DNA of 64,000 nt from assembly GCF_018977255.1 (NCBI RefSeq), contig NW_024704742.1, positions 85,376,001-85,440,000 on the forward strand. The letters are read 5' to 3'. Shown here one piece after another: positions 35,285 to 48,534 of the stretch (position 1 is the stretch's first letter; the number at the start of each line of letters is the position of its first letter). This DNA comes from Callorhinchus milii (taxonomy: Eukaryota). The notes below the pieces were generated by a model. The model was given only the letters and a program-made list of their open reading frames with translations. It did no database searches and was not told the origin of the DNA. The position numbers and the translations under genes are program-made.

Positions 35285-38200
35285 ATGGCGTCTGCTGCGG
35301 AGGATTTGACGATGGATAGCCAATTTTCACCGAAAGCAGGAACGAGCAAAATTCCACAGGGTGTGCAGGCAGACGCATCACCGGATGCAAAATGTCCCAT
35401 CTGTCTGGACAGATTTGAGAACATGTCCTATATTGATCGCTGCTTTCACAAATTCTGCTTCCGCTGTATTCAGGAATGGTCCCGCAACAAAGCGGAATGC
35501 CCCCTGTGCAAGCAGCCCTTCAGTTCCATCTTCCACAGCGTCCGAACAGAAAGTGATTTTCAGGAATATGTACTTAAGGCAACAGAGAATGGTTCCTTTG
35601 GCAGTCCTGATGGGCAGAGGTTTAGATACAGGACAACACTGACCCGGGATCGGAGGATGACGTTTCAGTCTCGCAGGTCTCTGGTGACCTCATCGCTCCC
35701 TGATAACGGGGTCGTGTTTGAGGGACTTGGACGTCAATCTCGATCGCTCCAGGGACGCAGCTTACGGCGCATGATAGCGAGACTGGGAGCAAGGAGGAGA
35801 GCACAGTCCGAGGGCAGGTCAGTGAGGATCTTCCAAGAGCAGGAGATGGTCAACTTCAGACGGGAGCTGTACCGCTCGGGAGTGCGCGTCAGAAACGTGC
35901 AGGACGGTGGTCGCTACCGGGACATCTCGGCGGAGTTTTTCCGCCGGAATGCGGCCTGTCTTCACAGGCTGGTGCCCTGGCTAAAGCGCGAACTCTGCGT
36001 CTTGTTCGGCTCCCATGGTTCCGTGGTCAACATAGTGCAGCACATCATCATGTCTAACATAACCAGGTACGACCTGGAAAGCGAAGCTTTTCAAGAGGAC
36101 CTGAGGCCCTTTTTGCTCAGCCGCACTGACCATTTCTTGCACGAGTTCATAAGCTTTGCCCGCGCCCCGTTTAACATGGAAGCATACGACCAGAGAGCTA
36201 ATTATGACTGTCCAGCTCCCTCCTACGAGGAAGAAAGCGACTCCGATTTATCTGTCATAACTATATCGCCCGAGATGGAGAACATTCAGGAAGAAGATCG
36301 ACCAGTCCCTAATCCTTCAGAGATGGCTCTAAGCCTAAGTCAGACGGCCTGGGATGACGAAACTCCTGGCCCCTCCTATTCAATTGCAGAAACAGTGGAG
36401 CAGGGGGATTCCTCTCCCGCCGAGACGACTGTATCTATAGAAACTCCCCCACAGGCTGGCCCATCCTCACAGAGCATATTGATAAAGACTGACCCGGGCT
36501 CGAATGAAGAAAGCGCTAACCGTTCGGGTGACGACTGCTTGATAATGGGTTATGTGAAGCCTCTTGCTGAAAGGACACCCGAGTTGATTGAGCTAAGCTC
36601 AGATACTGAGGCTTCAGTTCCTGACACTGACAACAAGGTAGTCAAGCATCCTGTGCATTTACGGTTCCATAGCAGCCAGAGTAGCAGCAGCAACAGCAGC
36701 AACAAGATCAGCGGATTTTCCTCTTCCTCCACTCCCTCCTCTCCCTCCGCTAGATCTTCTGAGTCCAAAGAACAATGGAAAAGGAAAAAAAACAAGAGGA
36801 GAAAGCACGGTCGATCAAAAAGGGAGGAGCACCGAGGTCACAAGAAAAGCTGTCACTCTGGGGACAGTACTTCCTCCTCATGCAGGGACAGGACAAGGAT
36901 TTCGAGCCGGAGTAAAAGCACTTCCAAAGGTAGATCCGTGTTACGTTCGCATAGCAGAGACGGGCACGATTCCCAGAGGCACCAGCAGGCGAGGAGCAGA
37001 GATAGAGGTGCACTGACCCACCCTGAATCCAGCCGAGATGGACACAGGGACAAGGGTTGGAAAAGAAGGAGCAACCGAGATCGGTCTTCCTCACGGGACC
37101 ACGCAGGATCGGGGAGTAGTGATAGTCGGACGCACTGGAACTGGGAGCAGCGGAGGAGAAGGTGGAAGGAGCGAGACAGGAAGTCCTCTGGGAGAAGTCT
37201 GAAACAGCCACGGCACAGCGACAGCCTGGTCTACAGGCCCAGGGATAGATCGCGGTCTCGGAACAGGGGCTATGCTATTGCAAGGGAAGAAAGGAGGTCC
37301 AGGAGTAGAGAGAGGATGTACAGTTACATGCGAGAGTACCAGGAGAGGAGCCGAGGTTATTCCTACCAGTGGGAAAAGTACAGCTACCACAGCAGAACCA
37401 ATGATGGTCACGACTCTGTAACCAGGACCAGAGCTCACTATAGGAGAGGCTCTCCCAGTTCAGATTATAGGATTCAATCCAGCTCTGAGAGCACAAGCTT
37501 TAGAAGCCCAAGTAGCCACAGGGAAGATGTTTTCTACCATTACGGGAGTTATAGGTCAAGAAGCCCATCGTCTAGGTTTAGAGTCACTGGTAGAACTGAG
37601 AAAATGAGGCAAGAAAAACCTGGGGGGAAGAGAAAATATAAAACCCATTATTTAGAGAGTTCCTCTAATAAACGCAGTACTAACACAGCTTTGCAGGTTA
37701 CTAATGTATCCGAGGGACATGCGATACCCAGAAATGAGAGCGCTTCTCCTGGGCGTCTCTCACAATGCAGCAGCAGTCGTAAAAGTAGTCATCGTGAGCC
37801 ACATGCTGTGCCAGGCCACCAGGCCCCATTGAACAGGCTCAGAGAGAAGGACAAGAGGAGCTCGAGTGTGGAAATAGTGTACGAGGGAAAGGTCACGGAA
37901 GCCAGCAAACGGCACAAAAAGAGGAAGAAGCACAAAAAGAAACTGAAGAAGGACCAGAGCAGTGAGGAGTGCGCAGAACGGGCCCCCCGCTCCCCTATCA
38001 TCATAACCATCGACAGCCACAGCGACAGCGACGCGGTGGTAGTATCTAGTGCGCAATACGACACCAGCGATTTGGGGCCAGCCGACACTACCCTCAGGCC
38101 GACTCAGTGTGAAACGTGTGAGGACAAAAGCACAGCAGAGCCAGAAGAGGACAAGGATTCCCTGAACACAGCTGTCCCAGCCTCCAGTCAGATAAGCAGT

Positions 38201-38473
38201 GAGTCTTTGGACATCTGCAGTTTGTCCACAGACTCTGACTTTGGTCCTGAAAATCCAAGTGCGCAGGTTTGCAGCGACCAAGAGGATGTGGAGCCAGCTT
38301 CAGATACTGATACCCATCGGAGTATGGGAGTGCAGGAGCAAGAGCACGAGTCCCATTCAAATAGAACACCTCTTCCCAAATCATCTCCAGACAGACCACC
38401 TTTGATACTAAAAATCCCAAAGAGGTTCCTAAACAGGACCAACTTGTTTCACCAATCTGCTGGAAACGCATGA
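35285..38473 (+). CDS. TOPORS: E3 ubiquitin/SUMO ligase Topors (large terminal exon, 1062 aa from ATG 35285)
   Basis: C3HC4 RING CPICLDRF...CFHKFCFRC...CPLC; conserved GGRYRDISAEFFRRN.ACLHRLVPWLKREL; YVKPLAERTPEL.ELSSD; RS-rich region; EKPGGKRKYKT; SIM-like SVEIVYEG and PIIITIDS. Acceptor cttttcag|ATAATGGCG at 35281/35282. Confidence 0.97.
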   Translation: MASAAEDLTMDSQFSPKAGTSKIPQGVQADASPDAKCPICLDRFENMSYIDRCFHKFCFRCIQEWSRNKAECPLCKQPFSSIFHSVRTESDFQEYVLKATENGSFGSPDGQRFRYRTTLTRDRRMTFQSRRSLVTSSLPDNGVVFEGLGRQSRSLQGRSLRRMIARLGARRRAQSEGRSVRIFQEQEMVNFRRELYRSGVRVRNVQDGGRYRDISAEFFRRNAACLHRLVPWLKRELCVLFGSHGSVVNIVQHIIMSNITRYDLESEAFQEDLRPFLLSRTDHFLHEFISFARAPFNMEAYDQRANYDCPAPSYEEESDSDLSVITISPEMENIQEEDRPVPNPSEMALSLSQTAWDDETPGPSYSIAETVEQGDSSPAETTVSIETPPQAGPSSQSILIKTDPGSNEESANRSGDDCLIMGYVKPLAERTPELIELSSDTEASVPDTDNKVVKHPVHLRFHSSQSSSSNSSNKISGFSSSSTPSSPSARSSESKEQWKRKKNKRRKHGRSKREEHRGHKKSCHSGDSTSSSCRDRTRISSRSKSTSKGRSVLRSHSRDGHDSQRHQQARSRDRGALTHPESSRDGHRDKGWKRRSNRDRSSSRDHAGSGSSDSRTHWNWEQRRRRWKERDRKSSGRSLKQPRHSDSLVYRPRDRSRSRNRGYAIAREERRSRSRERMYSYMREYQERSRGYSYQWEKYSYHSRTNDGHDSVTRTRAHYRRGSPSSDYRIQSSSESTSFRSPSSHREDVFYHYGSYRSRSPSSRFRVTGRTEKMRQEKPGGKRKYKTHYLESSSNKRSTNTALQVTNVSEGHAIPRNESASPGRLSQCSSSRKSSHREPHAVPGHQAPLNRLREKDKRSSSVEIVYEGKVTEASKRHKKRKKHKKKLKKDQSSEECAERAPRSPIIITIDSHSDSDAVVVSSAQYDTSDLGPADTTLRPTQCETCEDKSTAEPEEDKDSLNTAVPASSQISSESLDICSLSTDSDFGPENPSAQVCSDQEDVEPASDTDTHRSMGVQEQEHESHSNRTPLPKSSPDRPPLILKIPKRFLNRTNLFHQSAGNA

Positions 38474-41357
38474 GAACTGTTCAGTACAGAGGTGAATTTT
38501 TTGGGTTGAAATGGGAAAGCGACTCCTTTTCCAGGGGAGATTTATTAAGTTCATACAATAGCACTGAGAAAGGATTTACAAAGGTGCTGTCAGTCACCAA
38601 GCTAGTATCAAATGTAGAGAATTGTGTTTTTTTTTAAATAAATACAAAAATGCTTGTGAATGGTTGCTACCACTGTACAGATCATTCAGCTGTTCAGGTG
38701 CCTGTGTGACAAGATGTTACTGTATGTTTTTAAAAATATGTATATTGGAAAGTTTCTAAACTTGATTGTGTTAGGGACAGCTCTGAAAATGTTAACATGT
38801 TTTTTTCAGCTGTTTTTGTTATCATTTATTTTAACATAGCCAAAGTACATCATACAACCTTTGTTTTGCACTAGGCTATCTGTAATCATGTCCAAACTGA
38901 TGGACATCACCACCATGAACCAATACAATGGTACCTAGGGTTGTGTAAAGAATTGAGGTTCAGAAATAATCGCCAACTGTATGGAATATTTCCTCTATTT
39001 GTGAAGCTTTACAGAAAAAGTTAACCATAGCTTGGTGGATTGCCCTGAGGCAATGACAGCAGATTGTACATTTACTCTCTGAGCTGGTAGGCACAAGAAA
39101 CAAAAATTAGAATAAAGGCAATTTGAACTTGTTGAGGTCTTGATAGAAGTCCTTGCTGAGGAACAACTATAACAATCAACAGGTCTTGGCACCTCTTGCA
39201 CCTCTGAAGAATGTCTGGCCCAAAGTTTTTGAGTAATTTTTATAAAGTAATTTTGATGATTTTTAATTTTGTGCTTCTAATCGTGAGGGAAGTTATTGCT
39301 GGGAAATGGAACCCTGTCGGATTTTGGACACCCTGTTTCAGTCTCAAGTCCTCCCAGATCAGATGTAGCAAAGCCAACTGCAGAGTAAAATTCCCTTTAT
39401 TAAGACTTCAGCAATTGCCTTACTCAACCTCAGAAGAGCACCCCTATATGTACCATATTGACATTTCTGTCCCCCAGGCTACTCTTGATAAGGAGTGAGT
39501 TCAGACCGCCCACAGATCCTTACAGCAACCAAACCAATGAGAATTTTCCAATCTGTCTGGGTTAAACCGAAGAGTAGGTGCTTCTGATTGGTGAAAATTG
39601 GAAAAATTCGGAATAAAATCTCTCAACTAAAATCACGATTGGAAGACAGCTGGAGATTTCAACGTGCTGTGGATTTGTGGTTATGAACAAACACATTTTG
39701 TTGTCTCGAGTCCTGGTAATAGTGACAGGCTATATTTAGTGCCACCTTCATATTGGGGATAAACAGTTATGTTTCTCATTTTGTAAATATTTGGAAGAAT
39801 GAGGTGAAATGTACCAAAATACCTACCCTTGCCATTTACCATTACAGCTGTTTCTTAAATGAATCAAGTCAATTGCAGCTGCTGATTTCCAGTCATTGAT
39901 AATGTTTACTATCATTTGTGTAACAGGACGGAATAAGTCCATTTACATTTGGTGCAATCTACACACGGTGGCCAGAGGAAGTGCCTAGCCTTTCTCTTTG
40001 ATTTTATTTCTTTTTCTTTATTTTCACTCTTTGTCCTACTTCCACTGTTCTTGGCAGGTCTTGATTAAAATCCTATTTATGATTTTTGTTTAAAAAAACA
40101 AAATCTAGTGTTTATATATATATATACATACACTGCCTTAATAACAGACGGATGAGCAAGTGTGAGCATGTTCCATTCTCTGGGTTATCAGTCAGGACCT
40201 CCCAGGAAGTAAGAATTCTGTGTTACTCCTCTGCAAGCTAGTTGCTGTACATAATATTTAACAGATTTTCAGTTATTAACATCTTTCACCTTGGTTAAAA
40301 CTTTCAACTAAGGAGATAGGTTAAGGAAGACTTAAGTTTTTCTACTTATTTCCTATTTACCCAGGAAATGCATCCGTCACACATCAAGAGCAGTATTGTT
40401 TTGGAGCTGTATTTATTCAGTATTTAATAATAAAAAAAACATTTTTGTATTACATCAGAGGAGTTTGCAAGGGATGTTGGGGAAATATTTGGGTAAGTAG
40501 CAGGCAGAAAACCTCAGCATGCTGGTTTTAACACATGGTCAAAATCAATGATTTAATGCGCCAAATGACTGCCCTCTGCTGTAAATTTCTATGGTTCCAT
40601 GTCAAAGGAGGAAGCTTTTGTATTTAATTCAGTGCTCTGTGTCATACAATTCTCATTTGAACAGACCACAGGAGTATTGAGTATATTTGAGTGCAAAGGC
40701 CTTAAACTCAATTTACAAAGTAAGCCTAGTTTGCACAGTAAAATATATCTCTATAAATGGGAGACTTCACTAGATGATTGTGTGAGTGTCTATTTCAGCT
40801 TCCATTGCACTGAATTGATTCAGCAGTAAATCCATTTACAGAACCCCCTGCATGTTCTAGCCACAGTATCACATGGAAGACACCTTTTTAAAAAAAGGGC
40901 AATATTAATGAAATAAAACATTTGGTAAAATACCCTGCTTTGTAGAATTCAATGAACTATATTTTGGTCTATAATTGGTGAAGGCATTTCTTCATGGAAA
41001 AAAATAAGTCAGCAATAATATATTTAACAAAAGTATACATGAAATTGAATAAAATACATAAAAACTGAACCGTTTTATGTCATTGTATTTAAATATGAGT
41101 GGGAACTTATTCAAGGGAGACTGACATAAAACTTGCGTGAAGGTGAGACTTTTATAAATTAAATGGTATACATAGGACACAACATAGGAGCAGGATTTTT
41201 AGCCATAGTTAAGATATTGGGGCATGTAGTTGGGTTGGAGCATACATGAGAGGCAATTATACTGAACACGAGCACTGATCTGTTACCACCTGAGATGATG
41301 GGAATGTTCTGGTGTATTACAATAAGCATGTCTTGGCGGGAGAGAGTACAGTGAAGA

Positions 41358-41711
41358 TTATTAATAATAATCCTTGCATTTGATATAGCGCCTTATCACA
41401 TCATCGAGACATCTCAAAGCGCTTCGCAGAATATACTGTAAAGTGAATTGACCATATTTTGTGGGCAAAACACTGCAACTATTTGTGCACAGCAGTGTCC
41501 CACAAAGAGTTGTGGATTGAATGACAAAATTATTTTTTGTGAAGAAATTATCACCCCCAGAAAAGCGATCTGCCAATCAACTAACACGTGCTGCTTAGGT
41601 AAACAGGCGTTTGGAGTAAGGAAACTTGACCAACCTTTCGCCCTGCTGGGAATCGAACCCAGGTCTCGCTTGCGAGGCAAGTGCTCCAACCACTGAGCTA
41701 CTGGACTCCAC
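41358..41711 (-). mobile_element. Full-length tRNA(Ala)-derived SINE
   Basis: Minus strand gtggagtccagtagctcagtggttggagcacttgcctcgcaagcgagacctgggttcgattccc plus body and tail. Confidence 0.88.
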
Positions 41712-41999
41712 AAATACCTATTAATCATTGTTATTTCAGTATTATTGCTACTAATTAAGTAAATAAGTAGCTGGTATTAAACACCTGAGTTACAAGGAGA
41801 AATAGTGGAAGTTGTGAATGGTAACACGTGACACCTCCCCACCCCACTGCCTTGGAGTGTCAGCCTAGACTGACTTCAATGTCCTGATGATTTCCTGACT
41901 TGAGGGTCTACCAACTGAACCAGGCTGATACACATCTGCGATCATATTGAAGTGTTTAAGAAAATAATCGTAATTTGAAATTGAGCCTTATCATTGCGC

Positions 42000-42865
42000 T
42001 TTTGAAGATCCCATTCTTTGGATGAGATGTTATGCTGAGGTCCTGTCTGCTTGCTCAGGTGCATGTTAAAGTTCCCTTGGCATTGTTTGAAAAGAAAATG
42101 GAATTTCTGCTGGTGTCTTGGCCAATAATCACCCAAATAAAATTGTTCATTCACTTCATGATTGTTTGTGGAACATTGCTGTGCACAAATCGGCTGCCAT
42201 GTTCACCTACAACATACACAGTCACCTCACTTTACATTCTGTAAATGACAGTATATCCTGTCAGTTGGGCACTCTCTGGGTCAGAAGGTTGAGGGTTCAA
42301 GCCCCACATCGGGACTTTGAGGTCAGTCTAGGTTTGCAGTGCAGTGCTTGGGGGAGCAGTGGTTGTTGAAGGTGATGGCCTTCAAATGATACATTAAACT
42401 GAGGTTCTATTTGCTTGTTTAGACAGAGATTAAAGAGCTCATGTCACTATTCGAAAAGAAAAGGGAGTTTCTCTTGGTGTCCTGGCCAACAATCCCCCAA
42501 ATAAAATTGGTCACGTCATGGCTGTTTGTGGAACAATGCTATGTGGAGTCCTGTAGCTCAGTGGTTAGAGCACTCCCTTTGCAAGCGAGAGACCTGAGTT
42601 CAATTCCCGGCAGAGGGCGAAACCTTGGGCAAGTTTCCTTACTCCACACACCTAATAATAATCCCTCCCCCAAAAAATAAAAATAATAAATTGGTCATTT
42701 TCAATCCATGACTGTTTGTGGGACACTACTGTGTGCAATTGGCTGCTGCGTTCGCCCACAAATATACACTCAATTCACTTTACAGTATATTCTGTGAAGC
42801 ACTTTGGGACGTCTAGAAGACATGGAAAGCACTATATCAAATGCAAGGATTATTATTATTATTAT
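42000..42865 (+). mobile_element. Deu-SINE fragments with a nested tRNA(Ala) SINE (42543-42863)
   Basis: Deu core twice; the SINE head gtggagtcctgtagctcagtgg interrupts the Deu-SINE body. Confidence 0.75.
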
Positions 42866-44123
42866 GTGCTAATTAGACCCGCTTGAATGGCTCCAGTCTC
42901 CTGCATATCCCTCGTGCACTCAATTCTACCATTGTGAGGAGCGCTATATAATTTCAAGTAGTTGTTGAGTTCATCTACAAAATAGTCACTACACTTTGCG
43001 GTACAATCCTACAAGCATTTTAAAACATTTTGAAACGTTTTAACAATGTGGAAGGCGCTGCATCAAATGCAAGGATTATTATTTATTATTATTGAGGGGT
43101 GTATAATTTCTTTTTTACTTTAGGACTGGTTGGTTTGCATTCTTGTGTAAATGCAGATGATTAAAACAAAGCTGCTCTGATATTTGCACAAAATAAAACT
43201 GAAACAGTAACTTCAAGACAATCTTTTATTTCAACTAAATTTTGCTTTCCCGTGATTCTTTTAATTAGAGTCCACAATATTATAGGAAGATTAGTAGCTC
43301 AGTATTTCACAACAGGTGGAAGTTAATGACATTAAATAAATGCTATGTGACCAGCCAGAATTGCCATCTCCAACAATCAGAATTACAAACATCGCTTTTG
43401 TTTATTTCTGCATTGAATTTTTAGGAGGACGACAAAGATCTTATGACACATGAGTGTACCCTCCAGCCAAATTGCTCATCCACATCAGGGTTATTGGACA
43501 TTGCTGTCTTTGTGTTCAATGCCACCATGGCCTCACCCATCCTACCTCTGCGGCCCTACTGCCACAATCCATCTCAAGATCAGCAAAAATTGTCTTGCTT
43601 CATATCCCCAGCTTACCATCCAGTGCCTTGTGATAAGACACTTTTATCAAATGGAAGGATTATTATTTAATATTGCTTTGCCAATACAGGTTCCATGTGT
43701 TTTGAAAATGCACATCACGACTTTACCCCGTTTGAAGGGTGCTATATAACTGCAAGTTATTGTTGTTGTAAAAGCTACTGACAAATGCAATCTACAACTG
43801 TAAAAAGTGAGCATTTCTTTTCCATCAAAGGCAAGAAAACCTAACCCTTTTTTACTTAAACATCTCAAAGCTCTTGAAAATATAGCAGCACACATCGAGC
43901 TAGGAAATGTTAGCTCGGATGTTAATCAAAGCACCATTGATGAGAGATGTTTTTAGGTTTATGAAGGTAAGGAGAGAGATAGCAAGGCAAAACAGTTTTG
44001 TAAGAGAGGTTCAAAGGACTGGGATGTGGTGGCTGTAGGCCTACAATAGAAGAGTGTGGCTGACTGAAATATAGGGTTTTAGTGCATTGTGTAAATGGGG
44101 CAGAGTAGAACATGGAGGGAATG

Positions 44124-44690
44124 GATAAGGCGCCATATCAAATGCAAGGATTCTTATTACTATTATTATCACATCATTGTGACGTCTCAAAGCGCTTCAC
44201 AGAATATACGGTAAAGTGAATTAACTATATTTTATGTGGGCGAAATGTGACAGCTAATCGCCCTCAGCAGTGCCCCACAAACAGTTGTGAATTGAGTGAC
44301 CAGTTTTGAGGGATTATTACTCCCGGAAAGCAATGTCCCACAAATAGTCACGGATTGAGTGACCAAATTATTTTTTTGGAAAGCATTATTGCCACCAGAA
44401 AGCGACCTGCCAATCGACTAATATTTCACCCACAAAATATAAAGTCAATTCACTTTCCAGTTTATTCTGTGAAGCGTTTTGAGACATCTCGGAGATGTGA
44501 TAAGGTGCTATATGAAATGCAAGGATTATTATGATTATTATAACAATGGATTCCTACTTATTGCTAGGTAAACAAACAGATGCGTGTGGAGTAAGGAAAC
44601 TTGTTTAAGGTTTCACCCTGCCCGGGAATCGAACTCGGGTCCTCTTGCTTGCGAGGCGAGTGCCCTAACCAAATGCTACAGGACTCCACT
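44124..44690. mobile_element. Nested SINE cluster (minus copy with a plus-strand SINE 3' end inserted at ~44422-44540)
   Basis: Alternating orientations of SINE body segments. Confidence 0.75.
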
Positions 44691-45434
44691 AAAGACTCTC
44701 TCTGACCAGTCAACAAATGTAACTGGTCAACAAATGTAACCAATTTGATCTGCTTTTCTCCTTCTGTCTGCACTGCACTGATTTCAGGCCTCTGGCCGTA
44801 TTAAGGCAGATTTTCTTCCTGGTTTATTGGCAATAGTCCTCCAACTTCAATGTTCCGGTTGCCCTGACCATATTGTTGTATTATTACACTATGCCTGGTG
44901 GTATTTTTACTGAAAGCTCATCTACTAGGCTGCACAATACTGTTATACCATTGCACTGTATCACTATGTGCTTCTACCTTGTTATTTAACAAAAGTTTTG
45001 AAATGAAATCCTTTCTCTTTTCAAAAGAGAACCTCAGACAATCTGACCCATTACTCAGTCTTCACAAAGGTTACAGTTCGAAAACACAAGTAAACAGTTC
45101 TTTACATTGAAAGTTAATGAATTGTATACTGGGTGTCAATCACACCGATCAGAAGAAAGTTATCTTAATTTAAAGTGGTAAATGTTTAGTGATCGATTTA
45201 TGACTGATAACCTAACTAGTGTTGTTTGTAGAGTGACGCTGCTTTTATATAACAGCACCTTTGTCCACGACCAACGCTCAAGTAGAGCTGCTTATTGTTC
45301 AGCTGCAGTTCTTACATTTGAAATTCCTTTGTTTCTCTTTCTCTCCCCTCCAACTCCCACCATCAATCACTACCAAAACATTGGTAGCTGAGGATGGGAG
45401 TATGGTTTAAAATACTCAACAGAATTTTTTGTGT

Positions 45435-46035
45435 AGACTGACGCGGCAGCCAATTTGTGGACAGCAATGTCCCACAAACAACCATGAAGTGAACAAACAA
45501 TTTTATATGATAATAATAATAATCCTTGCATTTGATTCAGCACTTTTCATGTCTTCGAGATGTCTCAAAGCGCTTCACAGAATATGCTCTAAAGTGAATT
45601 GACTATATTTGTGGGCGAAACGCGGCAGCCAATTGCGCACAGCAGTGTCCCACAAACAGTCGTGAATTGAAAATGACCAATTTATTATTGTTTTGTTTTG
45701 GAGGGATTATTATTAGGTGTGTGGAGTAAGGGAACTTGACCAAGGTTTCGCCCTGCCTGGAATTGAACTCAGGTCTCTCACTTGCAAGGTGAGTGCTCTA
45801 CAGGAGCTACAGGACTCCACAAATGGCACAGACTATCCACTAAGTTATGGGGATTGTTAGTCAGGACACCAGGAGAAACTCCCTTCATTTTTTGAACAGT
45901 GCCATGGGATCTTAACGCCACCCTGAACAGATAGACGGAGCCTTGGTTTAACATCTCATCTCAAGGACGACACCTCCAGCGAAGCAGGGCAACCTCAGCA
46001 CTGCCTTGAAGTGTCAACCTAGACTATGAATTCAA
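45435..46035 (-). mobile_element. tRNA(Ala) SINE (45510-45821) nested in a Deu-SINE
   Basis: Reverse-complement consensus matches. Confidence 0.78.
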
Positions 46036-46614
46036 AATCCCTATGATCTTATTCATAGGTTTTTTCCCCAGTTCCACTACTGTCATTTTTGATAGCAGCA
46101 ATTGAAAAAATCCACTCCAAATACTCTGCATGTGCCTCAAATGCAAACCGTGGACCGCTGAGAATTTACCTATGGAATTGCTGGCTACAGCAGAAAAAAC
46201 GACCCAGAAGGATTCAGTCATGAGGGACTCGAGGTCGATCAGTATTTTTACATTATGGTCATCCTGCGATGGCAATACAGTCGCCAGCAGATCTGTGATA
46301 TAAAAATAGTCAAAGAGTTGGTTGAAAGATCCTTTTTGTCTGAATTGAGTAAATTTGCTAGTATTCTCTCAGCTTCGCAACTTGTGTCCTCCAACCCACA
46401 ATTGGAGGTTGAGCTTTTAGCTTCCCTCAAACGCTGAAACACCCTCCCAAAATCTATCTGCCTTGCACCCTCCTTCCCTGTCTTCAAAACCTTTCTAGAA
46501 ACCTACCCTTTCAACCATGTCTAGGGTCACACCTCCTTCCCACCTTGCGTAACTTCCCACACAATCCCTGTAAAGTGCTTCAAGACATTATCCTATGGAA
46601 AGGACATTTAACTC

Positions 46615-46960
46615 ACACAGTCTAGGCTGACACTCCAATGCAGTGCTGGGAGTTTGGTGCATTGTCGCAGGTGCCGTCCTTTGAAGAGACATTAAACCGA
46701 GGTCACATCTGCCAGTGCAGATGGACCTTAAAGATCCCATGGCACTGTTCAAAAAAAGAAGGGAGTTTCTGCAGTATCCTGGCCAACAATCTCCCAAATA
46801 AAATTGGTCATTTATTTCATGGGTGTTTGCGGGACAATGCTATGTGAATTGCCTGCTGTGTTTGCCTACAGAATGCACAGTTACTCCACTTTAAATAAAT
46901 CCCGTGAAAGGCTTTGATTCATCCTCCTGATGTGAAAGACTAAGTTCAATTATTGTTATT
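46615..46960 (+). mobile_element. Deu-domain SINE
   Basis: ggtgccgtcctttgaagagacattaaaccgagg...ttaaagatcccatggcact. Confidence 0.75.
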
Positions 46961-47295
46961 TTATTTTAGTTTAAAATGATGAGAGAATTTCATGGTGCAT
47001 TATCACCTCTGGGGCAGAACATTGTAGATTCAAACCCCACATTGGGGCTTTGAGCCACAGTCTTATCAGGGGAGATTCCAGTGCAGTACTGGGGGAGTGT
47101 CACATTGTCACAGGTGACAATGAGACAGTCGTTCTTTGCTGAGATGAGATGATCTGGAGCCTGGAGTCATGACCTTCTGATCCAGAAGCAAGAGTGCATT
47201 GGATGGATACTATTGCTCGGGCTGACTCCGATATTAGTCTGGGGACCCCAAACCTTGGCTTTTGCCAATCTGCACCTAATTATTGCCAAGGTCCA

Positions 47296-47670
47296 GTGAA
47301 TTCCTGTAGCTCAGTGGTTAGAGCATTTGCCTCGCAAGTGAGAAACCTGGGTTCGATTCCCGGCAGGGCAAAACATTGGGCCAGTTTCCTTACTCCACAT
47401 GCCTCTGTTTACCAAGCAGCAAGTAGGAACGTGGTTGTTAGTCGATTGGCAGATCGCTTTTCCGGGGGTAATAATTACTTTAAAAAAAAAATTGGTCACT
47501 TCAATCCACGACTGTTTGTGGGACACTGCTGTGCGCAATTGGCTGCTGTGTTTCGCCCACAAAATATACAGTCAATTCACTTTACAGGATATTCTGTGAA
47601 GCGCTTTGAGATGTCTCGAAGACGTGATAAGGCGCTATATCAAATGCAAAGATTATTATTATTTTATTAT
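47296..47670 (+). mobile_element. Full-length tRNA(Ala)-derived SINE
   Basis: A box, ctcgcaa loop, B box ggttcgattcc, complete body and tail. Confidence 0.9.
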
Positions 47671-48534
47671 AAAAGCATATCAATTCCATGACAGGCATCC
47701 TTGTTTTCAAACACTTCCACAACCTTGCTCCACCCTCCATGTCTAATCCTCTCTAGTGCTGTGTAAATGCAAGTGCTTGGCTAGGGGAGGAGGGGCCTGG
47801 GTTTCCATGGAGTGTGAGGAGCTGACACTATGAAGGGCATCAGGAGGTGCTATTGATGCAGCTACCCAGAGACTAGGTGGAGGACATTGCATCTTTATAA
47901 AGGGAGGGGGTGGGGGTAAGGATTAAGGGTGTGCGTTCTTGGGATGGGGAGAAAATTATAATCCTGGAAGCCGAAGATGGAAGGTCATTGGAAGAGATTC
48001 ATAATAATGTTTATACTGTACTCGTAATCAACAACAACAACAACAAATTAGATTTGTAAAGTGCCTTTCAGGTCGGGAGGATGTCCCAAGGCACTGAAAA
48101 TATAATCATGTATATATTTCCAACAACAATAAAAACAAATTGCAATTAATATGCAACGTTGTGATGTCCAAAGGCGCCGATTTACAATTATGCTTATATT
48201 CCCCTTGTATTCCCCTCGATGCCTTCTTGTCCTTTGCTGCTGTGCAGATAATAACGATAATCATAGTATATGATATAGCACCTTATCACGTCGTTGAGAC
48301 GTCTCAAAACGCTTTACAGAATGTATTGTAAAGTAGACTGACTGTATGTTTTGTGCGCAAAATCCACAGCAGTGTCCCACAAACAGTCATGGAGTGAATG
48401 ACAAAAATTATTATTATTTCTTCTTTTTGGAGGGATTGTTACCCCCTGGAAAGCGATCTGCAAATCGACAAACAACTGGGTTCCTACTTACTAGACTAAC
48501 AACTAACCTATCGACCAACAACCGGGTACCTACT

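Noticed and set aside
36550..38471. Several antisense ORFs within TOPORS
   Set aside because: Shadow frames of a low-complexity Arg/Ser-rich coding exon
47296..47370. tRNA-Ala-like sequences (also ~8640, 41640-41711, 42543, 44620-44690, 45750-45821, 62250)
   Set aside because: A/B boxes are present but the acceptor stem is poor and each runs directly into the SINE body; these are SINE heads, not tRNA genes
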